The notes under the pieces are model-generated. The model had not been told where the DNA came from. It made no database searches and saw nothing but the letters and a program-made list of their open reading frames with translations. From a virus (taxonomy: Duplodnaviria; Caudoviricetes), in the IMG/VR virus record IMGVR_UViG_3300017565_000029, positions 1 through 37,914 of that record: DNA of 37,914 nucleotides; one strand, given 5' to 3'. How positions within the stretch are numbered: the stretch's first letter is position 1; each line of letters opens with the position of its first letter. The position numbers and the translations under genes were made by a program. Positions 25,725 through 34,120 of the stretch are shown here, one piece after another.

Positions 25725-25906
25725 CAGAAGAACCCTCCCGCGCGAAGGATCCAAAGCTGGATAACGAGAGCGATGATCTGAACCAGAACGTTGTGTTTTC
25801 CGGTTTTCGGCGTCCCGTGATCCCGCGCCTCGGTCACAATATTGAAAATGAAAAGTCCGATCATGACCCACTGCGGCCAGCCGTAGGAGGCGAAGTCGAT
25901 AGTCAT
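25724..25906 (-). CDS. Small two-helix membrane protein, 60 aa
   Basis: Two hydrophobic segments, WPQ...HG.P...GGFF. Confidence 0.7.
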   Translation of the reverse strand: MTIDFASYGWPQWVMIGLFIFNIVTEARDHGTPKTGKHNVLVQIIALVIQLWILRAGGFF

Positions 25907-25908
25907 GA

Positions 25909-26355
25909 TCAGAACGCCTTACCGCCAGCCTTGGCGCGGTTTTCCAGCTTGTGGTCGGCGCGGCCAGCGTTGAACAGCAGCTTGGCGACGAACATCTCGC
26001 CGGAATTGAAGTCCAAGCCACCGGCCATGTCCCAGGCACGAATAATGCCGTCCTGCAGCTCGACCCCGAGCATGGGGAATTGAGGCAGCTTGTCGTCCGG
26101 CAAGTCCTTGCGCAGACCCTCCAGACCTTCACTGGCCTCGGAATGGATCAGCGCAATCTTGGTGCCGAGCCACCAACCGAAAATCTCCGAATCCAAGCTG
26201 CGAACATCGGCGCCATGCTTGGTTTTCCACCAACCCGCCTCGGCAGCCAGGCCATGGCATAGCGCCTGCAGGCTATTGACCATATCGGCGTATTGATCGG
26301 CGCTTTCAGCTAGGTGCTGAGCCCACGTTTTATCGATAGGTTTTAGCAGTTCCAT
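25909..26355 (-). CDS. MazG-like all-alpha NTP pyrophosphohydrolase
   Basis: LIHSEASEGLEGLRK...VELQDGIIR (ExxE...ExxD); start moved to ATG 26355. Confidence 0.8.
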   Translation of the reverse strand: MELLKPIDKTWAQHLAESADQYADMVNSLQALCHGLAAEAGWWKTKHGADVRSLDSEIFGWWLGTKIALIHSEASEGLEGLRKDLPDDKLPQFPMLGVELQDGIIRAWDMAGGLDFNSGEMFVAKLLFNAGRADHKLENRAKAGGKAF

Positions 26356-26421
26356 CCTTTCCCTTTGCGCCCCGGAGGGCAAAAACGCCGGTGACCGACC
26401 GGCTGCGGATAACCAGATTTG

Positions 26422-26452
26422 AGTATAGCGCACCACGCAGAAATAGTGTCAA
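26422..26452 (-). promoter_or_regulatory. Possible sigma70 promoter overlapped by CTCAAAT half-box
   Basis: TTGACA-19 nt-TATACT; spacer longer than optimal. Confidence 0.4.
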
Positions 26453-26514
26453 ATTAGGTATTGAAAACTGTACCGAATACGATACATATCGCCGGGCAAT
26501 AAGGAGTAACCCGA

Positions 26515-26766
26515 ATGCAGCGAGTAGAAGCCGAGGTCGCGGTCAGCGTGTCAGACCTCAAGAAAAGCCCCAGCGCGGTGATCGAGAACGCCAACGGCGC
26601 ACCGGTCGCGGTGCTGAACCACAACCGCGTCATGGCGTACATGGTGCCCGCCGACGTCTACGAGGCGATGCTGGACCGGCTCGACGACATGGCGCTTGTC
26701 GAGATCATAAAACAGCGCCAAGCCGCTGGGGAGAAGCCGATCCCGGTCGCCCTCGATGACCTATAA
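26515..26766 (+). CDS. Type II antitoxin, Phd/YefM (StbD/YafN-like)
   Basis: SVSDLKKSP...PVAVLNHNRVMAYMVPA; AAGGAG RBS; overlaps toxin. Confidence 0.92.
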   Translation: MQRVEAEVAVSVSDLKKSPSAVIENANGAPVAVLNHNRVMAYMVPADVYEAMLDRLDDMALVEIIKQRQAAGEKPIPVALDDL

Positions 26767-27040
26767 GCTGCAGATCCTGCCCAGCGCGCAGAAGGAATGG
26801 AAAAAGCTGGGAGCCACCCTGCAGCAGCAGTTCAAAAAGAAACTGGCCGAGCGCCTCAAGCATCCTCGCGTGCAGGCAGACGCCCTGCACGGCATGCCCG
26901 ACCACTACAAGATCAAGCTGCGCGCCGCAGGCTACCGGCTGGTCTACCGCGTCGACGACGACACGATCACGCTACTGGTGGTCGCGGTCGGCAAGCGGGA
27001 GCGGTCAGAGGTCTACAAGGACGCGGAAAAGCGGCAATAG
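26756..27040 (+). CDS. relE: Type II toxin, RelE/StbE family
   Basis: AQKEWKKL...YKIKLRAAGYRLVYRV...VAVGKRE. Confidence 0.93.
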   Translation: MTYKLQILPSAQKEWKKLGATLQQQFKKKLAERLKHPRVQADALHGMPDHYKIKLRAAGYRLVYRVDDDTITLLVVAVGKRERSEVYKDAEKRQ

Positions 27041-27041
27041 T

Positions 27042-27057
27042 GCCCGACTAGCGCCCG
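27042..27057 (+). repeat. GCGCCC doublet repeat right after the toxin stop
   Basis: GCCCGACTAGCGCCCG. Confidence 0.65.
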
Positions 27058-27076
27058 GCGGCAGGACCGCCCAAGC

Positions 27077-27110
27077 AAAAGCCCCGGAATGCTAAGCGCT
27101 CCGGGGCTTC
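27077..27110 (-). terminator. Intrinsic terminator between convergent genes
   Basis: AAGCCCCGGA...TCCGGGGCTT hairpin, T-run on minus strand. Confidence 0.75.
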
Positions 27111-27119
27111 GTCGTCAGA

Positions 27120-27419
27120 CTATAAGTCAGGTTCGCTGCTCGACAACCAGGCCGCAGCCGCCTCAAGCACGTGACCGTGGCAGGCCTTCGGAGCGCAGCA
27201 ACAGCATAGATCCCGGCCGTGCAGCGCGCGCACCTTGTCGGCGTAGCCGGGCTTATGCTGGATCAGCCGGAACAGGTGCCGCCGGTACTTGGCGATCACC
27301 TCGGCGCGATCGCCGTCGCGGCCGATCACGAACGGATTCCCGTGCTCGGTCCCGCGCATGATGTCGACCGCGCCGTCGGGCACCTTGCCGCCGTGGTGGT
27401 ACTTGTTCAGGACGGTCAC
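27120..27419 (-). CDS. DUF4326 family protein
   Basis: IMRGTEHGNPF...LHGRDLCCCCAPKACHGHVL. Confidence 0.85.
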   Translation of the reverse strand: MTVLNKYHHGGKVPDGAVDIMRGTEHGNPFVIGRDGDRAEVIAKYRRHLFRLIQHKPGYADKVRALHGRDLCCCCAPKACHGHVLEAAAAWLSSSEPDL

Positions 27420-27718
27420 GGCATCCCTCCGCGCTCCAGCCGCTCGCGCAACTCGGCGATTTCAATCAGCGCTGCCTTGTGGCGGCCGGACAGCGAGTGA
27501 TAAGCGGCGGCCGCGGCGATCCTGCCCAAGTCCGGGTCTGTGACCTGCTGCGCCTCGTCTAGGCGCTCTACCTGCTGCTCCAGCTCGTCGACATATTGCA
27601 GCACCACACCGAGGTCGTGGTGAGCATTACGCCAGGCCGGGTTGGCGGCCGTCGGCTTGGCAGAGGCGTGCGCGCGCCGGATCTGCAGCACGCGATCTTG
27701 CAACGAGAGCGCGCTCAT
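27416..27718 (-). CDS. Hypothetical coiled-coil protein, 100 aa
   Basis: Coupled overlaps on both sides. Confidence 0.7.
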   Translation of the reverse strand: MSALSLQDRVLQIRRAHASAKPTAANPAWRNAHHDLGVVLQYVDELEQQVERLDEAQQVTDPDLGRIAAAAAYHSLSGRHKAALIEIAELRERLERGGMP

Positions 27719-28242
27719 ATCCGACGCCCCCGAGCCCGGCGCAGCTCGTGCAGGCCGGACTTGTACGGCACGACGGGAATAGGACCGACAAGCCCATCCT
27801 CAGAGTGAAAAGCCACGTGCACGCTCGCAATATCCTCGTTCGAGTAGAGTTTGATGAACGCTTCGGACACCGCCCTGGTATTCGTCCCGGCGCCGCGCGG
27901 CAGCTTGCCGGAAAGCATGTTGTCAATGATAAACCCGACCATTCCGACCGCGACGCCATTACCGGCATGCTGCCCGACTGGTGCGATGGTTCCGTCGTCA
28001 TAAACAAACTGGAACGGCACCCACCGCTGGCGATCATCGGCGCGCACAGCGGCGGGCTTCTGGTTGCGCCGGGCCTTTTCCAGCGTCCACTCCTGTGGCG
28101 TAACACCAGCCGGGCGGCTCGGATCGTGGTCGAGGATCGGCGCCGTCGCCTTGCCGGCCAGCGGGCGATAGACTCGGCCGTACCGCTGGAGCCACCAAGC
28201 CGGCAGCCGCGGGCCAATGAAATCGGGGTGGTTTTCGTTCAT
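27715..28242 (-). CDS. Hypothetical protein, 175 aa
   Basis: Start moved to ATG 28242 (ATGA overlap, AAGGA RBS). Confidence 0.7.
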   Translation of the reverse strand: MNENHPDFIGPRLPAWWLQRYGRVYRPLAGKATAPILDHDPSRPAGVTPQEWTLEKARRNQKPAAVRADDRQRWVPFQFVYDDGTIAPVGQHAGNGVAVGMVGFIIDNMLSGKLPRGAGTNTRAVSEAFIKLYSNEDIASVHVAFHSEDGLVGPIPVVPYKSGLHELRRARGRRI

Positions 28243-28553
28243 GATTGATCCTTGGGCAGAACCAGCTTGTAACGGGGCTTCGCGGGCATCTGGTCGACCG
28301 GCGGAGGAATGGCCCAGCCTTTGCGTTTGAAATTGTACGCGCGGCGCCGCAGGTAGCAGGTATCGACGCTGTAGGACTTCTGCAGCCCCTTGCACGGCTC
28401 GCCAATAGCAGACCGGCAGTTAGGGCAGCTTACCTCAACCACGCAACGGTCGGTCAGCATGTAGCGGCCCCGTTCATCGGGCACCTTGACGAACACCCGA
28501 CGGCCGTCGCGGGACTCGTAGGCAACGAGGGAGATTTGCGGGGTGACGCTCAT
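28239..28553 (-). CDS. Hypothetical zinc-finger protein, 104 aa
   Basis: CPNCRSAIGEPC motif; coupled. Confidence 0.7.
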   Translation of the reverse strand: MSVTPQISLVAYESRDGRRVFVKVPDERGRYMLTDRCVVEVSCPNCRSAIGEPCKGLQKSYSVDTCYLRRRAYNFKRKGWAIPPPVDQMPAKPRYKLVLPKDQS

Positions 28554-28864
28554 AGCGGTATCCCAAAGTCTTCATTGGACGCCAAGATCACGCGGCCATC
28601 CTTCACCGAGATCACCGAGGCCGTCGGGTTTTCGTCCATGTACGCGTTCGCCGCGTCGACACCGTCCGGCGTAAAGCGGAACTCGGCGACGATGGCGAAG
28701 GCGCGCCCGTGGAGACGGAGCATCGGCTGCACGTCCGTGATCCCATTTATTGAATACGACGGGCCAGCCGAACCGAGCGGCTTTGCCCGCCCCGCTTCGA
28801 CCTTCTCCCATATCGTTCCGTCATCTTGGAAAATGCCGCCGAGCGGCAGGTCAGCGAATTTCAT
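28550..28864 (-). CDS. Hypothetical protein, 104 aa
   Basis: GAGGTG RBS before ATG 28864. Confidence 0.65.
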   Translation of the reverse strand: MKFADLPLGGIFQDDGTIWEKVEAGRAKPLGSAGPSYSINGITDVQPMLRLHGRAFAIVAEFRFTPDGVDAANAYMDENPTASVISVKDGRVILASNEDFGIPL

Positions 28865-28871
28865 GTCCACC

Positions 28872-29594
28872 TCAGAACGGGATGATCGCGCCGCACTTGC
28901 AGCATTCTTCGCCGATCGTGCCGTCTTTGAACGGAACCCAATCGCAACCGTCCTTGCATCCCCACGGGGCGGGCCTCTCGGCCGGTGGCTTCTCTGGCGC
29001 AGGAGCAGGAGCTGGCGCAGGCTCATCAGCGAACTGATCAGGCGTCCCAGCGATCGCAGCGTCGAGGGCCTCGAGCATTCCGGCGCCGTGGAAATACTTC
29101 ACGTAAGGCGACGCTGCAGGGCCGACGCGCACGAGAAAACTGCGCGTGGCGTCGTCTTGGAGAAATGCCACCACAGTATCGCTGCCGTTTTCCACGTACC
29201 CGCACAGGCGGCGAAGGCCGTCGATGCGTACCGACGACAGGGGATTGTCCCGGCGCTCGACGGCGGCATTGGCCTTGTCTAGATCCGACGGGCCATAGAC
29301 GTCCATGCAGGTCTGCTGTCCAAGCCACGCGCGCAGAGTCGCCTCCTGCTTGGCGGGCATCAGCTCGCCGTTGAACTTCACGGCCGCGACCCAATGGCCG
29401 TTGTTGGTGATGAAATATTCGTTCGGCTCGCCCTGGGCGAAGGCCAGCAGGCCCTCGGTGGGCTCCACCGCCAGGCGGCGCAGGAGCGCGGCGGTTGCGG
29501 CACGCTCCGGCGAATATTGCAGGTAATTGACGATCTCGTCGGCCGCAGCCTCCAGCAGCGCGCGGTCTTGGTCGGTAATCAGAGGTGTGGGCAT
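28872..29594 (-). CDS. Mosaic hypothetical protein with PA linker and C-terminal zinc ribbon
   Basis: AAGGAAGGA RBS; PAPAPAPAP; CKDGC...CCKC. Confidence 0.75.
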   Translation of the reverse strand: MPTPLITDQDRALLEAAADEIVNYLQYSPERAATAALLRRLAVEPTEGLLAFAQGEPNEYFITNNGHWVAAVKFNGELMPAKQEATLRAWLGQQTCMDVYGPSDLDKANAAVERRDNPLSSVRIDGLRRLCGYVENGSDTVVAFLQDDATRSFLVRVGPAASPYVKYFHGAGMLEALDAAIAGTPDQFADEPAPAPAPAPEKPPAERPAPWGCKDGCDWVPFKDGTIGEECCKCGAIIPF

Positions 29595-29606
29595 ATCCTT
29601 CCTTGG

Positions 29607-29762
29607 TTAAGCAAAACGACGTTCGACAGTCATAAAGGTACGGCCAGATTTCGAGCAGAAATCAGCGGCAAATCTACGGGCAGCATCATCGCTATCGGCC
29701 TCAAATTTCTTATCGCGAACTTGGCCCGAGGCGGTCACGTAGTAGGTGATGTACTTGTTCAT
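29607..29762 (-). CDS. 51-aa hypothetical protein with own promoter
   Basis: AGGGAG RBS; MNKYITYYV... Confidence 0.7.
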   Translation of the reverse strand: MNKYITYYVTASGQVRDKKFEADSDDAARRFAADFCSKSGRTFMTVERRFA

Positions 29763-29796
29763 GTCGTCTCCCTGCTGAAAAATATTTGATGAACGA

Positions 29797-29813
29797 AGTA
29801 TAACCGTGACTTT
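29797..29813 (-). promoter_or_regulatory. Promoter, AAAGTCACG-N2-TATACT class
   Basis: AAAGTCACG-GT-TATACT; second copy at 32156-32172. Confidence 0.6.
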
Positions 29814-29869
29814 GCGTGAATGGTCGTGAAGGCGCGTAAAAGTGTGTAACTGCGCCCGGTGCGCGCCCT

Positions 29870-29910
29870 GAAAACAACACCGGCCCGGAATGCCGAGCAA
29901 ATCCGGGCCG
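29870..29910 (-). terminator. Probable terminator
   Basis: CGGCCCGGA-12 nt-TCCGGGCCG followed by GTGTTGTTTT. Confidence 0.55.
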
Positions 29911-29942
29911 TTGCGAGGGTGAGCGTCAGACTGACGATCAGA

Positions 29943-30212
29943 TCAATCGCGGTGCATCAGCTCGTGCAGCATGCAATCGGGATTGATCATCATCCCGTTG
30001 GTGTATTCCGGGTCGTCATCCTCGGCCAAAACCGACAGCAGGAGCGGCGGAACCGGCGTGGACCCGTCGATCATCGTCAGGATCGAGAACGCCACGCCGT
30101 CGCAGCGATCAGCGACAGACATCTCGCCGGGCAGCTCCGACCAGTATTTGACCATGAGGCGGACATGCTCCAGCACCTCTGCGCGGACTTCTTCGACGGT
30201 TTTCTTTGCCAT
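29943..30212 (-). CDS. Hypothetical protein, 89 aa
   Basis: AGGGAG RBS; GVAFSILTMIDG...MLHE. Confidence 0.75.
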   Translation of the reverse strand: MAKKTVEEVRAEVLEHVRLMVKYWSELPGEMSVADRCDGVAFSILTMIDGSTPVPPLLLSVLAEDDDPEYTNGMMINPDCMLHELMHRD

Positions 30213-30236
30213 GATTTTCTCCCTTTGCAGGCCGGT

Positions 30237-31814
30237 CTAGCGTCCGTCGGACAGTCGTTGCAACTCGGCAGTAATCCGCCGGCCGATCCAGTGCATGACG
30301 TTGGTAGCCATTGAGTTCCCCAGCGCCTTGTAACGAGGCCCGTCTGCAGCCATCAGCCACCAGGCGCCGTCGATAAGCTCCCACTGATCCTCGGGGCGAG
30401 CCTTGGTAACGGTTTTCTTCGCGTACCGGCGGATGGGGATGCGCGTCCAGCCGTCGGGGAAGCCCTGCAGGCGCTCGCATTCGATGGGGAGCAGGCGGCG
30501 CACGGCGGTGCCGACCAAGACGTTGCGCTCTTGGGCTCGGCCACCACCGGCTGGGGCCGTGAGGGCATAGGCAACATCGCCGCCAATCTCCAAGGACCGG
30601 CCATCGGCACGGCCACGCTCCTGAAACGCGCACGCAACGATGGGCTGCCCGCGACCAGTACCGTCCTCGCTGGCGTCGAACCCCTCGGCTTTCAGGGCAT
30701 GGGTGATGTCGCCAGTGATGCACACCGCGTGCGCAGTGGCCACGCACGGCGCTGCATCGCCCTTGCCAGTCTCGCCAGCCGTGGCCGTAAGTGCGTTGAC
30801 AACATCGCCCATGTCGCCGCGACCGTTGCGACCGATACGGGGCTGGAAAGCGTAGCAAACCGCAGGCCCCTGCGTCGCATCCAAGGTATGCGTTACTTCT
30901 TCCTGCACGCCCCAGCCATTGCTAGAGGTGTTGGCGGTGCGGACGCTATATGCGGCAATCGGCGCTTCATGGTTGCAGGTCAGCGTCGGGCAGCGGTCCT
31001 CGGAGATCTCCGCGCCGCCTTGCCCGTGGGCCATGACCGTTACGCGGCTTGGCTGCAATCCTCCGGCGCATTCGAAATCTGTCCCGAGGCCGCCACCGCC
31101 ATCAGTGCGTGCGCTAAGAGTTCCGGTAACTTCTTCCCCCGCGCCTCGGCTCGGCGGAGAATCCCGGCGCACGCCTTCGAACTCAAGAAGTACCGAGACG
31201 GGATCGAACCCCGGATCAGCACTTGCGACAACGAACACACGGCGGCGTCGTTGGGCCAGCTCGAAATATTGGGCATCGAGGACGCGCCACGCGACTGTCC
31301 TTTGGGGTCCAAACACACAACCAGCGTCCGCCCATTTTCCCCCTGGCGGTTTGAGTTCGCTGCTTTCACCGGCAAGGCCTGCCAGAAAGCATCCGAACGC
31401 ATTGTCTTTGGAGGATAGGACTCCGGGGACGTTCTCCCACCAGATGACGGCGGGTCGATCTCCGCGAGCAAGTCGAGTTGTGTCGATGGCATTTGCAAGT
31501 TCCACGTAGGCGAGAGAGAGCTGGCCGCGAGCGTCGGAAAGACCGCCTCGCAGACCAGCGACGGAAAAGGCTTGGCAGGGCGTGCCGCCGATAAGGGCGT
31601 CGGGCGCTTCGATCTCGCCAGCGAGCACGCGGTCAGCAATAGCGGTCATGTCGCCGAGGTTCGGCACGTCGGGGAAACGATACGCCAGCACCGCCGAGGG
31701 GAACGGCTCGATTTCAGCCAGCCACGCCGCCGACCAGCCGAGCGGATGCAGCGCGACAGACGCGGCCTCGATCCCGGAGCACACGCTGCCGAAGCGAAAA
31801 GATTCAGTTTTCAT
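30237..31814 (-). CDS. C5 cytosine DNA methyltransferase
   Basis: SVCSGI (I), GGTPCQ (IV), ENV (VI), QRRRR (VIII), RRLLPIECERLQGFP (IX), LGNS (X). Confidence 0.93.
   Translation of the reverse strand: MKTESFRFGSVCSGIEAASVALHPLGWSAAWLAEIEPFPSAVLAYRFPDVPNLGDMTAIADRVLAGEIEAPDALIGGTPCQAFSVAGLRGGLSDARGQLSLAYVELANAIDTTRLARGDRPAVIWWENVPGVLSSKDNAFGCFLAGLAGESSELKPPGGKWADAGCVFGPQRTVAWRVLDAQYFELAQRRRRVFVVASADPGFDPVSVLLEFEGVRRDSPPSRGAGEEVTGTLSARTDGGGGLGTDFECAGGLQPSRVTVMAHGQGGAEISEDRCPTLTCNHEAPIAAYSVRTANTSSNGWGVQEEVTHTLDATQGPAVCYAFQPRIGRNGRGDMGDVVNALTATAGETGKGDAAPCVATAHAVCITGDITHALKAEGFDASEDGTGRGQPIVACAFQERGRADGRSLEIGGDVAYALTAPAGGGRAQERNVLVGTAVRRLLPIECERLQGFPDGWTRIPIRRYAKKTVTKARPEDQWELIDGAWWLMAADGPRYKALGNSMATNVMHWIGRRITAELQRLSDGR
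31040..31492 (-). CDS. Nested alternative-frame ORF inside the C5 methyltransferase (possible second polypeptide)
   Basis: ATG 31492; CSLSQVL...RYFLSSKACAGILRRAEARGKKLP. Confidence 0.5.
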   Translation of the reverse strand: MPSTQLDLLAEIDPPSSGGRTSPESYPPKTMRSDAFWQALPVKAANSNRQGENGRTLVVCLDPKGQSRGASSMPNISSWPNDAAVCSLSQVLIRGSIPSRYFLSSKACAGILRRAEARGKKLPELLAHALMAVAASGQISNAPEDCSQAA

Positions 31815-31915
31815 AGATTGGATTGGACAGTCACGCCGAGCTGCGCTCGCCCCGACAAAGCGGGTGAAGGCGTGACTATCCGGGGTAGTTAATCAGATTT
31901 GATTATAGGCTGCGT

Positions 31916-32119
31916 TCAGTTCGAAACGCAGGTCTCGCCGTCCCAAACCCGGCCATTGTAGGAAATACGCAACTTGCGGCCATCGCCAGTGAGACGGCCC
32001 TCGGGGAACGTGCTCGCGCCTTCGCACGACTCGTCGCGGGCTTGGCGGTAGGCGCGCTGGGCATCCTCGATGCTGGCGACGGTAGCGGTAAGGCGGCGGC
32101 CGATTTTCAGGGTGAACAT
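31916..32119 (-). CDS. 67-aa hypothetical protein with own promoter
   Basis: TAGGAG RBS; RISYNGRVW motif. Confidence 0.75.
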   Translation of the reverse strand: MFTLKIGRRLTATVASIEDAQRAYRQARDESCEGASTFPEGRLTGDGRKLRISYNGRVWDGETCVSN

Positions 32120-32155
32120 ACTTTCTCCTAACCCGTTGGTTTTTCAATGGAAACG

Positions 32156-32172
32156 AGTATACGCGTGACTTT
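32156..32172 (-). promoter_or_regulatory. Promoter, AAAGTCACG-N2-TATACT class
   Basis: AAAGTCACG-CG-TATACT. Confidence 0.6.
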
Positions 32173-32215
32173 CCGAGAAGTGTCGGGATGCGCATGATCT
32201 TTTTTGTAACTGCTT

Positions 32216-32234
32216 GCGCCCGATAAGCGCCCGA
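32216..32234 (+). repeat. GCGCCC doublet repeat
   Basis: GCGCCCGATAAGCGCCCGA. Confidence 0.7.
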
Positions 32235-32251
32235 CGTTGCGAGCGGACAAC

Positions 32252-32277
32252 AAAAAGCCCCGAGTTACCGGGGCTTG
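32252..32277 (-). terminator. Intrinsic terminator
   Basis: AAGCCCCG-6 nt-CGGGGCTTTTT on minus strand. Confidence 0.8.
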
Positions 32278-32302
32278 TGAAGGGTCGTCGTCAGACTTGG
32301 GA

Positions 32303-32923
32303 TCAGGTGGCAGTCTCGAATCCCGCCATATGCGCGAGGAACGCCTGCAGTTTCGCGGCCTCGACCGGATCCAGCGTGATCATCTGCCCAGCCTTGTGCA
32401 GGGTAACGACGCCGCTGCTGGACCAGCCAAACGACAACCCCGTCGGCTCGGCCTCGGGGTAGACCTTGCGCGGCACGACCAGCTTTACCGGCTTGGCCTT
32501 GGCCCCAGGCTTCGGCCCCGGCTTGGCCTTGGGCTTGGGCTTGGGCGCCCGGTCCATGTCGACACCAGGCGCAGGCACGGCGACAGCAGGCTTCTCAAGC
32601 GACGCATTGTGCCGAGCGATGATCGCAGCCAAATCGTCGCCCTTGATCACCGGGTTCAGCAGAGCATCGGCATCGTCCAGTTGCGCATCAGCCACCGGCA
32701 CACCGTTACCAAGGCTCCAGTGCCACAGGCCCATGATGCGCTGCCGCTTCACAAGCCCGGCATTCACGGCCGCGCCCATCGAGTTGTTCAGCGTCGACGC
32801 GTCCGAGCCGATAGCCTCGGCCAACGGCGCACTGGCGATCTGCGTTCCCGGCCGCTGCGTATTCAGGTGCTCGATGACCTTGTACGCGACCGTCGCGGGA
32901 TGAGGGTAGTAGGGCTCACCCAT
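32303..32923 (-). CDS. Winged-HTH protein with Pro/Lys-rich linker
   Basis: SAPLAEAIGSDASTLNNSM...GLVKRQ; PKPKPKAKP. Confidence 0.7.
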   Translation of the reverse strand: MGEPYYPHPATVAYKVIEHLNTQRPGTQIASAPLAEAIGSDASTLNNSMGAAVNAGLVKRQRIMGLWHWSLGNGVPVADAQLDDADALLNPVIKGDDLAAIIARHNASLEKPAVAVPAPGVDMDRAPKPKPKAKPGPKPGAKAKPVKLVVPRKVYPEAEPTGLSFGWSSSGVVTLHKAGQMITLDPVEAAKLQAFLAHMAGFETAT

Positions 32924-32930
32924 TGCGCGC

Positions 32931-33200
32931 CTACCGGTAGCCGGCGACCAGGGCCGAGACGAGGTCTGTCACGCTGCCGTGAAGGTACAGGGCAGGCAGA
33001 TCGGCTCTGGTGCTGCCGGGATCCATCCTGCGATATTCGTGGCGCACGGTTTCGACCTTGGCGTCATCGTTGATCGACGCATCGCGCAAAGAGGCGACAT
33101 AGTCCGGCAGCGTCTCGATGTAGTAGTAAGGCGGCGCGCAATCCAGGATGCAGCGCACGCCGTCCTGCGGCCCGCCGATGAATAGGGCGCGGATGCTCAT
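32931..33200 (-). CDS. Hypothetical protein, 89 aa
   Basis: AAGGAG RBS; LFIGGPQDG motif. Confidence 0.75.
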   Translation of the reverse strand: MSIRALFIGGPQDGVRCILDCAPPYYYIETLPDYVASLRDASINDDAKVETVRHEYRRMDPGSTRADLPALYLHGSVTDLVSALVAGYR

Positions 33201-33448
33201 GCCAGCTCCTTCAAACGCGCCATCGCGACGGGCAGAGCTACGTCGGCCATGGATGCATACATTTCCATGCGATCGGCGACCGACTCGCCATGCCTCATGA
33301 CGGTATGTGCCCCGCAGCCCACGGCGGCAGTGAATACCGACATCCAGACGGTTTGCTGGAGGTTCAGGGAGGATAAAGATTGCTCAGCGAACGGCACAGG
33401 CGTCGGCATTGGCGGCATCTGCGGGATTCTAGCTGGTGGTAGCCTCAT
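33197..33448 (-). CDS. Hypothetical protein, 83 aa
   Basis: Tight coupling with neighbours. Confidence 0.65.
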   Translation of the reverse strand: MRLPPARIPQMPPMPTPVPFAEQSLSSLNLQQTVWMSVFTAAVGCGAHTVMRHGESVADRMEMYASMADVALPVAMARLKELA

Positions 33449-33449
33449 T

Positions 33450-33809
33450 TCATTCCTTGGAAGCGGAAGACCCGAACGCCAGCAGCGAGGCGAACGGGTT
33501 GTTGCGACGGCGCTCCGCGAGCTTGTCAGTACGGCGCTGGGCAGCCGCGGTGGCCGCCTTCTGGCGCTCGTAGCGATTGGGCGGCTTCGGCGCGTCTGCC
33601 TTGCGACCGCCGACCTCGAACACGCGCACGAGCGTGATGGAATCGGGCAGCTTGCGCCATTCGCAGATGCGGACCAGGCGAGCGGCGTGGAGTTTACCTA
33701 GAGCGCGGTTCACGGCGCAGATCGACAGGCCGGTGTCCCCGGTTAACTCCTTCGCGGACGCCGGGCCCGAAATCAGCGCGGTCAGCACGATATCGGGCCG
33801 GGTCATCAC
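33450..33809 (-). CDS. Winged-HTH protein, 119 aa
   Basis: GPASAKELTGDTGLSICAVNRALGKL...LVRICEW. Confidence 0.75.
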   Translation of the reverse strand: MMTRPDIVLTALISGPASAKELTGDTGLSICAVNRALGKLHAARLVRICEWRKLPDSITLVRVFEVGGRKADAPKPPNRYERQKAATAAAQRRTDKLAERRRNNPFASLLAFGSSASKE

Positions 33810-34120
33810 AGCTCGAGGCGGCGCAGCAGTTCGTCGAAACCGGCATTCACCGTAGCGATGCGCTCGACCACGACACCCAGCTGTTCGGCAAGCGGAGCCT
33901 TTGCCGGCCTAAGCGCGCTGGCCTTGTCTTCGCGTGCGGAATCGCCGTCAGGCGCCATCACGGGCTTCAAGCGATCGCCTAAGACGTTGCGGATTTCCTC
34001 CAGCCGAGCAACGGCAATACTCAAATGCTCGACCGCAGCCGGCACGTCAGGTGGCCGGCAGCCGATATCGTTAGGATCCGGGCGGCCGATTTCGACGCCC
34101 AAAGTACCATAATGTGCCAT
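33806..34120 (-). CDS. Hypothetical coiled-coil protein
   Basis: GGGGA before ATG 34120; LGDRLKPVM...LRRLEL. Confidence 0.65.
   Translation of the reverse strand: MAHYGTLGVEIGRPDPNDIGCRPPDVPAAVEHLSIAVARLEEIRNVLGDRLKPVMAPDGDSAREDKASALRPAKAPLAEQLGVVVERIATVNAGFDELLRRLEL

Noticed and set aside
29823-29829. Plus-strand GTCGTGA
   Set aside because: No -10-like hexamer at the 3-nt spacing and no gene downstream on that strand
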